From positions 1 through 32,505 of the forward strand of contig JAAOXZ010000033.1 in the NCBI GenBank assembly GCA_018221085.1: 32,505 nucleotides of DNA, written 5' to 3'. Position 1 is the first letter of the stretch. Each line of letters starts with the position of its first letter. This DNA is from Candidatus Woesearchaeota archaeon. Lineage in GTDB: Archaea > Nanobdellota > Nanobdellia > Woesearchaeales > GW2011-AR9. A model generated the notes under the pieces. It ran no database searches and was not told where the DNA came from. It saw only the letters and a program-made list of their open reading frames with translations. The position numbers were made by a program, and so were the translations under genes. This document shows, piece after piece, positions 23,923-32,505 of this stretch.

Positions 23923-26574
23923 TCACTCTACCAAAACTCCAACCTTACCGGGCATTGCTTTCCGTGCTTTCTCTTCCAACCCACCAACTATAATCTCGAC
24001 GGAACATTCAAACTCTTCAGCAATCGCTTCCTTATTTTCTTCCAAAGCAGTCAATTCACTTTTCTGGTCCAACTTCCCTTCCGGCAGTTTACTAGAATTG
24101 TTAATCAGATAAGGCACTAGCTTACTAATTTCTTTACCATGTTTCTTCAACTCCCCCACCATCAAACCCTTGATAATCATTCCTGGATTTCGATCCTTAG
24201 CTAATAATTTTTTAAACTTAGTAATAAAATCATACTTCCATTTATCGGCTACAAATAATTTAATCAACGATGGCTTTTTAATTCCAATTAACTCTAAAAC
24301 GGTACTAATGTCTCCCATCACTACACCAATTGCTTCTTCCGCCATCTCAGCTTTCAAATCAATCTTCTTTAAATCGTACTTGGGCCACTTAGCTAATGAA
24401 GTAAATCCTTTCTTGCCCAAAACACTCCACAATTCTTCTGACAAATGAGGTACAAACGGATTTAATATTAAAGCCAAATTCTCCACTACTTCTAAGAATA
24501 CTTTCTTATTGACTTCTCCTTTCTTATATTTCACTAAATGCTTCACTAAATCCATCACTGCTCCAATCGCCAAGCTTAATTCAAATTTCTCTAAATAATT
24601 CTCTACCTTTTCAATCGTTCGGTGCATCTTCCCGATCAAATACTTTTCCTTACTGCCCATTTCATTACCATATTCTACTTCATCCAACAAACTACATATT
24701 TTATTCAGGAATTTAAAACAACCATCTACTCCCCCTTCACACCATTCTAGCTCTTTCTCTGGCAGAGCAGTAAATAAAATGAACCAGCGGGCAGTATCGG
24801 CTCCATATTTGTCCATAATCACTTCTGGTTCTACTACGTTACCTAAGGACTTACTCATTTTCACACCTTCTTTCAACACCATTCCTTGACATAATAACCT
24901 AGCAAACGGTTCATCAAACTTAACCATCTTCAAATCCCGTAAGGCTTTAGTAAAAAATCGAGCATACATCAAATGCATACAGGCATGTTCAATGCCACCA
25001 ATATATTGATCTACTGGCATCCACTTATTCACGGGATCAGATTCAAAAGGCAATTTCTTAGAAGCGGAGCAATAACGTAAAAAGTACCAAGAAGAATCGA
25101 CAAAAGTATCCATGGTGTCTGTTTCCCTTCTACCAACTCCGCCACATTTAGGACATTTACATTTAGCAAAACTCTTAGAATCCTCTAACGGATTTCCCTC
25201 TCCGGTAAACTTAACATCTTTCGGCAGCAACACCGGTAATTTTTTCTCCGGCACCATCCCACATTTATCACAATAAACAATTGGAATCGGAGTTCCCCAA
25301 TATCGCTGTCTGGAAATTAACCAATCTCTTAATTTGTAATTTACTACTGCCTTACCTAGTTTTTTCTGCTTCAAAAATTTACCAATCTCCACAATCGCTT
25401 TTCGATTCCCTAAACCATTAAAATTAGGAGAATTAACTAACTTACCGTCTTTAGTGTAAGCTTGTGACATCGTAGTTACATCCAACTTATACGAAGAAGG
25501 TTGAATCACCACTTTAATTGGAATCTTAAAACGTTTAGCAAATTCAAAATCTCTTTGATCGTGAGCCGGCACCGCCATTACTGCTCCGGCCCCGTATTCA
25601 TAAACTACAAAATTACCCACATAAAGAGGAATTTTCTCTCCAGTGATTGGATGACTAGCATACTTTCCAATAAACATTCCTTTTTTCTCTCCACCTTCTG
25701 CCATCCGTTCAAATTTGTCTTCTTTCTGTACTTCTTTCAAAAAAGAATTAAACTCTTTCTCATACTTGGTTCCTTTAACCCACTTTGCTACCAAGGGATG
25801 TTCTGGAGCAAAGACCATAAAAGTAACCCCAAATAAAGTATCGGCCCGGGTAGTAAAAATAGCTACTTTTTCCTTACCAATTTTAAATTCAATCTCGGTT
25901 CCTTCTGAACGGCCAATCCAGTTCTTTTGCATAATCTTAACTTTCTCCGGCCAATTCTTTAATCCATCTAAGCCATTCAATAACTCCTCAGCATAATCAC
26001 GAATTTTGAAAAACCATTGTCCTAAAAATTTATTCTCTACTTGACTTTTACATCTCCAACATTTCCCACTCACTACTTGCTCGTTAGCCAATACTGTTTT
26101 ACAGCCAGGACACCAATTAACTGGGGCTTCTTTCTTGTAAGCTATCCCTTTTTCTAAAAACTTTAAAAAAATCCATTGGTTCCATTTGTAATATTCTTCA
26201 GAATGCGTCATTAATTCTCTAGACCAATCATAACTTAAACCAATACTCTTCTGCTGCTTCCGCATTTGTTTGATATTGTTCTCAGTCCATTTCCGCGGAT
26301 CTACTTTCTGTTTGATGGCCGCATTTTCTGCCGGCAGACCAAAACTATCATAGCCCATCGGATAAAGAACATTAAAACCTTTCATCCGTTTGTAACGGGC
26401 AAAAGCATCTCCGATGGCATAGTTCCTTAAATGCCCCATATGTAAACCGCTACCCGAAGGATAAGGAAACATTTCTAGAACGTAAAAATTATTTTTACCA
26501 CTAACACTCTTAAATATCTTCTTTTCGTCCCACTTCTTCTGCCACTTACTAGAGATCTTCTTTAAGTTAATCAT
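23923..26574 (-). CDS. leuS: Leucine--tRNA ligase (bacterial-type core, archaeal-type C-terminus)
   Basis: MFPYPSG.GLHMGH, WCP.C.TVLANEQV, QKNWIGRSEG, VPAHDQRD, DWLISRQRYWGTPIP, KMSKS, terminal AMPGKVGVLVE. Confidence 0.96.
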   Translation of the reverse strand: MINLKKISSKWQKKWDEKKIFKSVSGKNNFYVLEMFPYPSGSGLHMGHLRNYAIGDAFARYKRMKGFNVLYPMGYDSFGLPAENAAIKQKVDPRKWTENNIKQMRKQQKSIGLSYDWSRELMTHSEEYYKWNQWIFLKFLEKGIAYKKEAPVNWCPGCKTVLANEQVVSGKCWRCKSQVENKFLGQWFFKIRDYAEELLNGLDGLKNWPEKVKIMQKNWIGRSEGTEIEFKIGKEKVAIFTTRADTLFGVTFMVFAPEHPLVAKWVKGTKYEKEFNSFLKEVQKEDKFERMAEGGEKKGMFIGKYASHPITGEKIPLYVGNFVVYEYGAGAVMAVPAHDQRDFEFAKRFKIPIKVVIQPSSYKLDVTTMSQAYTKDGKLVNSPNFNGLGNRKAIVEIGKFLKQKKLGKAVVNYKLRDWLISRQRYWGTPIPIVYCDKCGMVPEKKLPVLLPKDVKFTGEGNPLEDSKSFAKCKCPKCGGVGRRETDTMDTFVDSSWYFLRYCSASKKLPFESDPVNKWMPVDQYIGGIEHACMHLMYARFFTKALRDLKMVKFDEPFARLLCQGMVLKEGVKMSKSLGNVVEPEVIMDKYGADTARWFILFTALPEKELEWCEGGVDGCFKFLNKICSLLDEVEYGNEMGSKEKYLIGKMHRTIEKVENYLEKFELSLAIGAVMDLVKHLVKYKKGEVNKKVFLEVVENLALILNPFVPHLSEELWSVLGKKGFTSLAKWPKYDLKKIDLKAEMAEEAIGVVMGDISTVLELIGIKKPSLIKLFVADKWKYDFITKFKKLLAKDRNPGMIIKGLMVGELKKHGKEISKLVPYLINNSSKLPEGKLDQKSELTALEENKEAIAEEFECSVEIIVGGLEEKARKAMPGKVGVLVE

Positions 26575-26606
26575 AACAATAGAAAAAGAACTTTAACTTT
26601 TAAACT

Positions 26607-26876
26607 TTACCTTAATAATAAATTATCTGATTTCAAATCCACTCGTTTCATATCTTCTTTTTCTAAACGTCGGATCAAATCAGAGTCTCTAACTTCCACT
26701 GCCGTAGCAGTATGGGTTGCTACATGATCATTAAGGACACGATAAACTACTCCATTTTTTGGACCGTCTATTAAATAAAGTGCTCCTTCTAGTTCTATTG
26801 CTTGTAATCGACAAAGATGGTCTCCTTCTACATACCCACGATCCCCATCAAAATTCTCTATAGTTACAATTGTCAT
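26607..26876 (-). CDS. Hypothetical protein
   Basis: 89 aa ORF between rpoN and leuS, co-oriented. Confidence 0.6.
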   Translation of the reverse strand: MTIVTIENFDGDRGYVEGDHLCRLQAIELEGALYLIDGPKNGVVYRVLNDHVATHTATAVEVRDSDLIRRLEKEDMKRVDLKSDNLLLR

Positions 26877-26895
26877 TTTTGATTTTGTCCTTAAC

Positions 26896-27093
26896 TTAGA
26901 ATTTCTTAAATTCTGCCGCTAGATCAATTAATTCTACGTGACCTAAGAGTAATCCTCTACAACAGTATCTTTCTACGCCTAAACTGTCTAAGACTTTCTT
27001 CTTGTCGGCACCTTTACTGGTTTTTTCCGCGTATTCTTCCCATAGGTGACCTACGGGTTTTCCACACGAAAAGCATCTTATTGGAATTATCAT
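26896..27093 (-). CDS. rpoN: RNA polymerase subunit N (Rpo10)
   Basis: MIIPIRCFSCGK...LG..RYCCR. Confidence 0.97.
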   Translation of the reverse strand: MIIPIRCFSCGKPVGHLWEEYAEKTSKGADKKKVLDSLGVERYCCRGLLLGHVELIDLAAEFKKF

Positions 27094-27161
27094 AATTTCA
27101 ACTCCGTTGGAATTTGATTACTCAAAAATATTTTGATTTTTGTTGTTATCATTTTATAGCA

Positions 27162-27563
27162 TCACCTGTATGATTTTTGTCTTTTTGCTCGCGCTTTGGA
27201 AATATTAGGTTTACAGACTTCTTTTCGTCTGATATCTGCCACTAACAATAACCGATCGTAATCTTCAAAGACTTTTTTCAATTTATTATCGTATTCTACT
27301 AAGGCTCTAGCAATTGCTAATCTAATAGCGTCTGCTTGTCCATTTACTCCACCGCCTCTCACTGAAACCCCTACATTAATTTTCTTAGCTAATTCACCGG
27401 CTAAAATAAGGGGTTCTTGAATTCTTAATCGTGAAACATCATTTCCAAAATTATCTAAAAACACTCCATTAATCTTGACTTTTCCTTGACCTTTTTTCAC
27501 TGTAGCTCTAGCTATAGATCGCTTCCGTTTACCACTCTTATGAACTGCGTTTGATTTTTTCAT
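27162..27563 (-). CDS. rps9: 30S ribosomal protein S9
   Basis: SGKRKRSIARA, GGGVNGQADAIR, YDRLLLVAD.R, QKSYR; ATG 27563 overlaps the rpl13 stop. Confidence 0.96.
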   Translation of the reverse strand: MKKSNAVHKSGKRKRSIARATVKKGQGKVKINGVFLDNFGNDVSRLRIQEPLILAGELAKKINVGVSVRGGGVNGQADAIRLAIARALVEYDNKLKKVFEDYDRLLLVADIRRKEVCKPNISKARAKRQKSYR

Positions 27564-27979
27564 TTTCTTCCCCTCAACCAATTACAGATTTCTGTAACTG
27601 TCACGTATTTTAAAGTAGGTAATTTCCCCACATTAGCACTTTCTATAGTTTCCATATTGGAATTAAACTCCTCAGGAATATTAACATAACACATTACTCG
27701 GCCATAAGCTTCCCGACCTCGTTCTTTTTTGTGTGGCAGCATTCCTCGCACTGCTTTTCTAACAAATCTGTCAGGTAATCTAGGTAATTTAGGACTTTTT
27801 AATGGGTAACCCCCACGCTCTCTTTTCTGTCTTTCATTAGCGAAAACTTTCTTTCTGTCTCCACTAACAACTACCTTGCCGCAATTGACTATTTTAACTT
27901 CTTCGCCTAATAAAGCAGCTTTAGCTGCATATGAGCATAATCGTCCTAGTAATAATTTTTCTCCGTTGATAACTTTCAT
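27560..27979 (-). CDS. rpl13: 50S ribosomal protein L13
   Basis: LGRL.S..AK.ALLGE.V..VN, VRGMLPHK. Confidence 0.96.
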   Translation of the reverse strand: MKVINGEKLLLGRLCSYAAKAALLGEEVKIVNCGKVVVSGDRKKVFANERQKRERGGYPLKSPKLPRLPDRFVRKAVRGMLPHKKERGREAYGRVMCYVNIPEEFNSNMETIESANVGKLPTLKYVTVTEICNWLRGRK

Positions 27980-28338
27980 CCTAATATTCGAACCTTCTTT
28001 CCTTCAGGGTTCGTCTCCATTAATTCTTGAATATCCATTACTTTTCCTACTTTGCTAATTTTCTCTTTAGCTGCATCAGAAAAACTAAAGGCTGCTACGT
28101 CAACTTTCTTGCTTAATTCGCCCAGATTCAAAACTTTTCCTGGAACTACAACTGTTTCTCCTTCTCTAGACCACTTATTAATTTTATAAATATTAACGGT
28201 TCTTCTTTGTCGAGATGGTTTCTTCAAATCACTGGCTAATCTTCTCCACAATTTTACTCCACCTTCTAGAAACTTCTTTTCTAGTTCCTCAATCAGCAAC
28301 TTCAGCTGAAAGTTTGTGGGGCCAGTTCGTTTTACCAT
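27976..28338 (-). CDS. rpl18e: 50S ribosomal protein L18e
   Basis: LW.RLA.DL.KPSRQR..VN, VVVPGKVL, AAFSFS..A.EKI. Confidence 0.96.
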   Translation of the reverse strand: MVKRTGPTNFQLKLLIEELEKKFLEGGVKLWRRLASDLKKPSRQRRTVNIYKINKWSREGETVVVPGKVLNLGELSKKVDVAAFSFSDAAKEKISKVGKVMDIQELMETNPEGKKVRILG

Positions 28339-28340
28339 CT

Positions 28341-29105
28341 TTACAATAATCCTTCAAATTCATCTAATTTTTCTAATAAGATATCTACACTAGTATCTAA
28401 GATTTCTTTACAACTTAATTGTCCCCAACTTTCTAAGTTAAAGACCATGTTTTTATCGTTGTTAACTACTTCTATTCCGTGCTCTTCACAAATTTGTTCA
28501 CAAGCACCATTCCATTTAGTGATATCTTTAATCTTCAGAGTTCCGCCTCGGGATTCTAACACTTTACATTCTTCAGCACATCCCTTCACGTCACTTTTAC
28601 CGGTCACTTTGAATTCTGGCCAGCCGTGGAACCATACCCATCCCGGACTCCATTTAGCGTGTTCTTTTCCTTTTCCTAAGATAGCAGTCAGTTGCATTTC
28701 TACTTTCTGTTTTGATATTAATTTTACAATTGGCATTTTGTGCACAAATTTGCATTTAGAATCTTTACTATCTGCATCGGTAGCGTAAACATAACCTTTC
28801 TTACCGCCTTTCAAAACTAAGATTAATTCACAACTGGCACAGCCTTCACCTTCACATTTGCATTTTTCTTTTAAAGTATAACTTTTCAAATCTGTTTTGA
28901 TCGGACTTAAACCCAATCTTAAAGCTATCATTTCGTCGTATAAGGCAGAACTATTTTCTTTGATTTCTACATCTTCTACTGCTAAAACGGGTACTTCTTC
29001 TAAGATTAATCTTCTGATAGCATTAACAAAACCTTCTTCTGAATCCTTTAAGAGGAAAGTTAATAGGTTATTTTTTTTATCCCAATTTAATTTTTCTAGC
29101 TTCAT
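28341..29105 (-). CDS. rpoD: RNA polymerase subunit D (Rpo3)
   Basis: NAIRR...[40 protein letters not shown]. Confidence 0.96.
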   Translation of the reverse strand: MKLEKLNWDKKNNLLTFLLKDSEEGFVNAIRRLILEEVPVLAVEDVEIKENSSALYDEMIALRLGLSPIKTDLKSYTLKEKCKCEGEGCASCELILVLKGGKKGYVYATDADSKDSKCKFVHKMPIVKLISKQKVEMQLTAILGKGKEHAKWSPGWVWFHGWPEFKVTGKSDVKGCAEECKVLESRGGTLKIKDITKWNGACEQICEEHGIEVVNNDKNMVFNLESWGQLSCKEILDTSVDILLEKLDEFEGLL

Positions 29106-29548
29106 ACTCGTCTCCCCCTTCTTCCTCCTTTAGCTCGACAACCATTGTGTGGCTCTGGAGTAACTTCTTCAATTTTACCAATACGGATACCCATTCTGGA
29201 TAACGCTCTAATGGCTGCTTGAGCTCCTGGACCGGGACTTTTTGGACCATTGTGGCCTCCTGGGGCTCGCACTTTGATGTATAAACCGCCAATTCCTTTA
29301 TCTTTAATGATCTCTCCGATCTTTTTTGCTACTCCCATCGCTGCAGTTGGTGAACTTTCTAATCGGTCTGCTTTGACTATTTGTCCTCCACTAGATCGGG
29401 CTAAGGTTTCGGTTCCGGTAATATCAGTAACCGTAATGATAGTATTATTATAACTAGCAAAGATGTGGGCAATTCCCCATCTTACTTTTCCGTAGAATTC
29501 CTGTCGTGGTGGTCTCCGTTCAGTATTCCTTCTGTTGTCGTTTCTCAT
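29102..29548 (-). CDS. rps11: 30S ribosomal protein S11
   Basis: [34 protein letters not shown]. Confidence 0.97.
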   Translation of the reverse strand: MRNDNRRNTERRPPRQEFYGKVRWGIAHIFASYNNTIITVTDITGTETLARSSGGQIVKADRLESSPTAAMGVAKKIGEIIKDKGIGGLYIKVRAPGGHNGPKSPGPGAQAAIRALSRMGIRIGKIEEVTPEPHNGCRAKGGRRGRRV

Positions 29549-30207
29549 TTTTTAACCTCTTCTTTAGTAGGAGTTTCTTCCTTCTTTTCTTCAGCGGGTT
29601 TTTCAGCAGGAGCTTCCTTAGCGGGCTTCTTCTCAGCTTTCACTTCTTCTTTAGCTGGAACAACCGCCTTAACTTCCATTTCGTCTTTCCTACCCAGAAT
29701 CACTCTTTCCGGATGTTCCGGATCATCTAAAGAAGAACGACTATCGAATCGAATCTTATTTTCGTCTTCACTAGAAATAATTGCTGAAGGAAAAGTTAAT
29801 TTCTTATTATCAATCATAATATGTCGGTGAGTAATAAATTGTCTGGCTTGTTTCATACTTCTAGCCAACCCTTTTCTAAAAACTAGACTTTGTAATCTTC
29901 TTTCTAAAATATCTTTTACTTCTAAACCTAAAACTGCATCTAATTCTGCTCCAGCTCCAATCAAACCCCATCGTTGTAATTTATCTACCATCTGCTCTTT
30001 TTCTTTTTCTCCTTGAGAAGTTTTGACGGCAATTAATTGTTTAGCTAAATCTTTATATTTCTTGAGAATAGACTTCATCTTCCAGAGTTCTTTTTTATTC
30101 CCTAGCTTATATTCTTTGACTAGTTCTCTCTCTGATTCAATGACGTCCGCGTTCCACGGGTGTACTGGAGTGGAATATTTTTTTCTTAATTTTCTTGGAG
30201 TTCCCAT
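29545..30207 (-). CDS. rps4: 30S ribosomal protein S4 with K/E/A/P tail
   Basis: MG.P....KKY.TP.HPW, LERRLQS.V..KGLA.S.KQARQFI.H.HI. Confidence 0.97.
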   Translation of the reverse strand: MGTPRKLRKKYSTPVHPWNADVIESERELVKEYKLGNKKELWKMKSILKKYKDLAKQLIAVKTSQGEKEKEQMVDKLQRWGLIGAGAELDAVLGLEVKDILERRLQSLVFRKGLARSMKQARQFITHRHIMIDNKKLTFPSAIISSEDENKIRFDSRSSLDDPEHPERVILGRKDEMEVKAVVPAKEEVKAEKKPAKEAPAEKPAEEKKEETPTKEEVKK

Positions 30208-30210
30208 TAT

Positions 30211-30741
30211 CTATGTTCTCCCCGCTTTGGCTTTTTTCTTAGCTACACCAACAACTTTTCCTTTACTTCTTCGGAAGTTAGCTTTAGTTCTTTGCCCTCT
30301 TACTGGCAAACCTTTAGAATGTCTAACTCCTTTGTAACATTTGATTCTTCTTAATCTTTTGATAGTATTATCTTTAACGAAATCTAAAGTTCCCAAAAAT
30401 AAATGCTTATCTTCACCAGTTTCGTAATTTTTTCTTTGGTTTAACATCCATACTGGGATTCCTTTTCCCATTGGATCAGCAATCACATCGTTTAATTTCT
30501 TAATTTCTTCCTCGCTTAAGGCTCCTACTTTTTTGCCTTTATTAATACCAGCGACATTGCAAATGGCGTTAGCTAAATTGAAACCCATACCTTTAATTTT
30601 TCTTAAAGAAATCTTAAGTGGTTTATCTCCTATTAGATCTACTTGACCAATTCGGACAATATGTTTTAATGACTCTTGTGGTTTTTGCACTGGAGCTTTC
30701 TTTACCGGTTTAACTTCGGTGTTTTGTTTTTCTTCTGTCAT
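30211..30741 (-). CDS. rps13: 30S ribosomal protein S13
   Basis: HIVRI...DL.G, IKG.G, IP.WMLN..K..ETG, YKG.RH..GLPVRGQRTK. Confidence 0.97.
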   Translation of the reverse strand: MTEEKQNTEVKPVKKAPVQKPQESLKHIVRIGQVDLIGDKPLKISLRKIKGMGFNLANAICNVAGINKGKKVGALSEEEIKKLNDVIADPMGKGIPVWMLNQRKNYETGEDKHLFLGTLDFVKDNTIKRLRRIKCYKGVRHSKGLPVRGQRTKANFRRSKGKVVGVAKKKAKAGRT

Positions 30742-30750
30742 TTTGTAAAT

Positions 30751-30999
30751 TTATCCTCCGTGAGCGGAGGTAAGGATATCCATTAATTTTAATTCAAGTA
30801 AGTCTGATTTTCCTTCTTTGCATAATTCATAAGGAGTTTTATCATTCAGAGCTTTGTTTGGTTGATAAAAAAAATCAACTAAGTTTTCTTTCCCTACTAC
30901 TGCGGCTGCCAAATCAGCTAATGTCTTAACATTCTCTCCAGGCAGCATTAGTTCTTGGTTAGCTACTTTGTAAATTTCTTTTAATCTTGGGTCATCCAT
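30751..30999 (-). CDS. Xre/MbcA/ParS antitoxin C-terminal (DUF2384)-like protein
   Basis: FF..PNKAL.DKTP.EL...G....L..I...G pattern. Confidence 0.65.
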   Translation of the reverse strand: MDDPRLKEIYKVANQELMLPGENVKTLADLAAAVVGKENLVDFFYQPNKALNDKTPYELCKEGKSDLLELKLMDILTSAHGG

Positions 31000-31013
31000 T
31001 TTTATTCAATAAA

Positions 31014-31077
31014 GCTAAGAAATGACTTTCTCAGCCCTGTGCGCTATTAACTCGGACTATTTCGTATTAAAACTGAG
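31014..31077 (-). promoter_or_regulatory. Structured leader upstream of the S13 operon
   Basis: GCUGAGAAA-GUCA-UUUCUUAGC hairpin (31035-31014); alternative pairing CUCAGUUU/GGGCUGAG. Confidence 0.45.
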
Positions 31078-31083
31078 GCTTGT

Positions 31084-32490
31084 TTAAAAAGCTTTCTCTT
31101 CTTTTGATTCCCTTTTCTCCTCTTCTTTGGGCACTGCCTTATCTTTCTTCTTTCCCTTCTCCTTCTTCTCTTTTTCTTTCTCCAGCATTCGGACCCATTT
31201 CCATTTCCGCAGAGTATAATTAACTGGGTTTTTAACCCGTTCACATAATTTATCTGGTTTACAGACTCCAATGTCTAAATAGTATGCTTCATTATCGCAA
31301 TTAGGTGGTAATTTGTCTCCCTTGAAATAGTTCAACTGGCTAATAATCAAGTTCTCTCGCAAACCATCCTTGTTCTTCTCTCGATTCCACTTTAACAAGA
31401 ACCGTTTAATCTCTTTCTTCTCCCAGCCTACTTTGCCTAAAAAATTCATCAAAGAAAACACTGCCCTTTTCTTGCCATCTTCCAATCCTTCTAATATTAA
31501 TTTTACACACGGAGGAAATAATTCTTCTTTGATTGCTCCTTCTACTTGGATAATCTGTCCCCTAAATTTTTTATCCCCTTCGTAATCTTTCTCTTCCGGT
31601 TTGGCTTCAAAATCCAAGGCCTGTAATAATAGTCTTCTTCCACTATCTTCCACCACATTTTGATCTAAAAATTTTAACTCACTTACCACTACCTTCTCCG
31701 GCCGACCCATTTCTTTCTCGAAGTCCTTTACTTTATCTGGCTCCACCATCACCGAAGCCAAACCACTCTTTTCGTGCAAAGAATAAGGCATTCGATACAA
31801 ATGCCTGGGAGCAATTAGGATAGTGTCAATTTCTAAAAAAGGATCCACATTTAATTTAGCTACATCATTCCCCAATTTATCTTTTTCATAACGAATAATT
31901 TTTTTATCAAAGCCGGTCTTTTCTTTTATCTTTCCAAAATCACCATTTTCGAATTCCATGAGTCTCTTCCCTAATTCTTCTTTGATATTTTCTTTGATAT
32001 AACCAGCAATTTTCTTCGGTGCTTCAGGAAATAATATTCTAGTCTCAGAATCTAAAGCTCGCTTAGGAAAAGCTTCAAAGGGCACTCCGATATGAAAACC
32101 TTTATTCCCGCTAAATTTACAAGAAATTCCCTTGACTCCACAATACTTTAAGAATTTAATAATCAATTCTGCCGCAATCCGGCTGTATTCAAAAATGGGG
32201 CAATCAATATCTAATACTAAATCCCACGCTGAACGCAATTCTTCCATTTCTTGTTTCTTGATCTCGCTGCTTAATTCCAAGGGATTGCTCCACCGCTCTT
32301 CACTGCAATGAAAGCTGGTGGCTCCACTCATCACCGATTCAATCACATCCCGAGGGTAATTTAGAATATCTGGTCGCTTACCAAAACTATCGCCGTATCG
32401 CACACTAAACTCTCTATCGCGGCAATGTTCTACCATTGCCTCTTGAATGTCCTTTCTCTTATAATACCTCAACAAAGCCCCCTTATCCAT
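31084..32490 (-). CDS. Fused DNA primase (PriS catalytic plus PriL C-terminal domain)
   Basis: WDLVLDID, KFSGNKGFHI, RMPYSLH (AEP motifs), then FPPC..IL.GL.DG.KR, PPNC, C.PD.LC..VKNPVNY. Confidence 0.92.
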   Translation of the reverse strand: MDKGALLRYYKRKDIQEAMVEHCRDREFSVRYGDSFGKRPDILNYPRDVIESVMSGATSFHCSEERWSNPLELSSEIKKQEMEELRSAWDLVLDIDCPIFEYSRIAAELIIKFLKYCGVKGISCKFSGNKGFHIGVPFEAFPKRALDSETRILFPEAPKKIAGYIKENIKEELGKRLMEFENGDFGKIKEKTGFDKKIIRYEKDKLGNDVAKLNVDPFLEIDTILIAPRHLYRMPYSLHEKSGLASVMVEPDKVKDFEKEMGRPEKVVVSELKFLDQNVVEDSGRRLLLQALDFEAKPEEKDYEGDKKFRGQIIQVEGAIKEELFPPCVKLILEGLEDGKKRAVFSLMNFLGKVGWEKKEIKRFLLKWNREKNKDGLRENLIISQLNYFKGDKLPPNCDNEAYYLDIGVCKPDKLCERVKNPVNYTLRKWKWVRMLEKEKEKKEKGKKKDKAVPKEEEKRESKEEKAF

Positions 32491-32505
32491 ACCCTTTCAG
32501 AAATC

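Noticed and set aside
31000-31083. tRNA gene upstream of rps13, as found in some archaea
   Set aside because: No cloverleaf or TTCGAA T-loop. I saw no tRNA or rRNA anywhere in the window.

Overview
AT-rich archaeal chromosome segment, most likely DPANN/Nanobdellota (Woesearchaeota-like). The evidence is a fused PriS-PriL primase, archaeal ribosomal proteins and RNAP subunits, archaeal SRP RNA and many leaderless genes with BRE/TATA about 24 nt upstream of the ATG. Housekeeping content: rps6e, ftsZ (FtsZ2 clade), proS, dph5, elp3, rpl21e-rpoF-DUF655, nreA flanked by two DHH proteins, SRP RNA, a relBE-like pair, a CaCA antiporter, leuS and the rps13-rps4-rps11-rpoD-rpl18e-rpl13-rps9-rpoN operon. 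The most unusual signals are non-coding. (1) A hairpin downstream of ftsZ has a loop complementary to ftsZ's own RBS and start codon, and an array of TTAGTTC repeats lies upstream of ftsZ. (2) A GC-rich 48-nt double GCGAAGC-hairpin element sits in-frame in rps6e. (3) A 104-bp MITE has 14-bp GTAA- terminal inverted repeats and an 8-bp target duplication (IS66-like). (4) Structured leaders precede rps6e and the S13 operon. (5) A bro-N gene shares a duplicated 3' end with its neighbour. All assignments come from reading motifs by eye; no searches were run.
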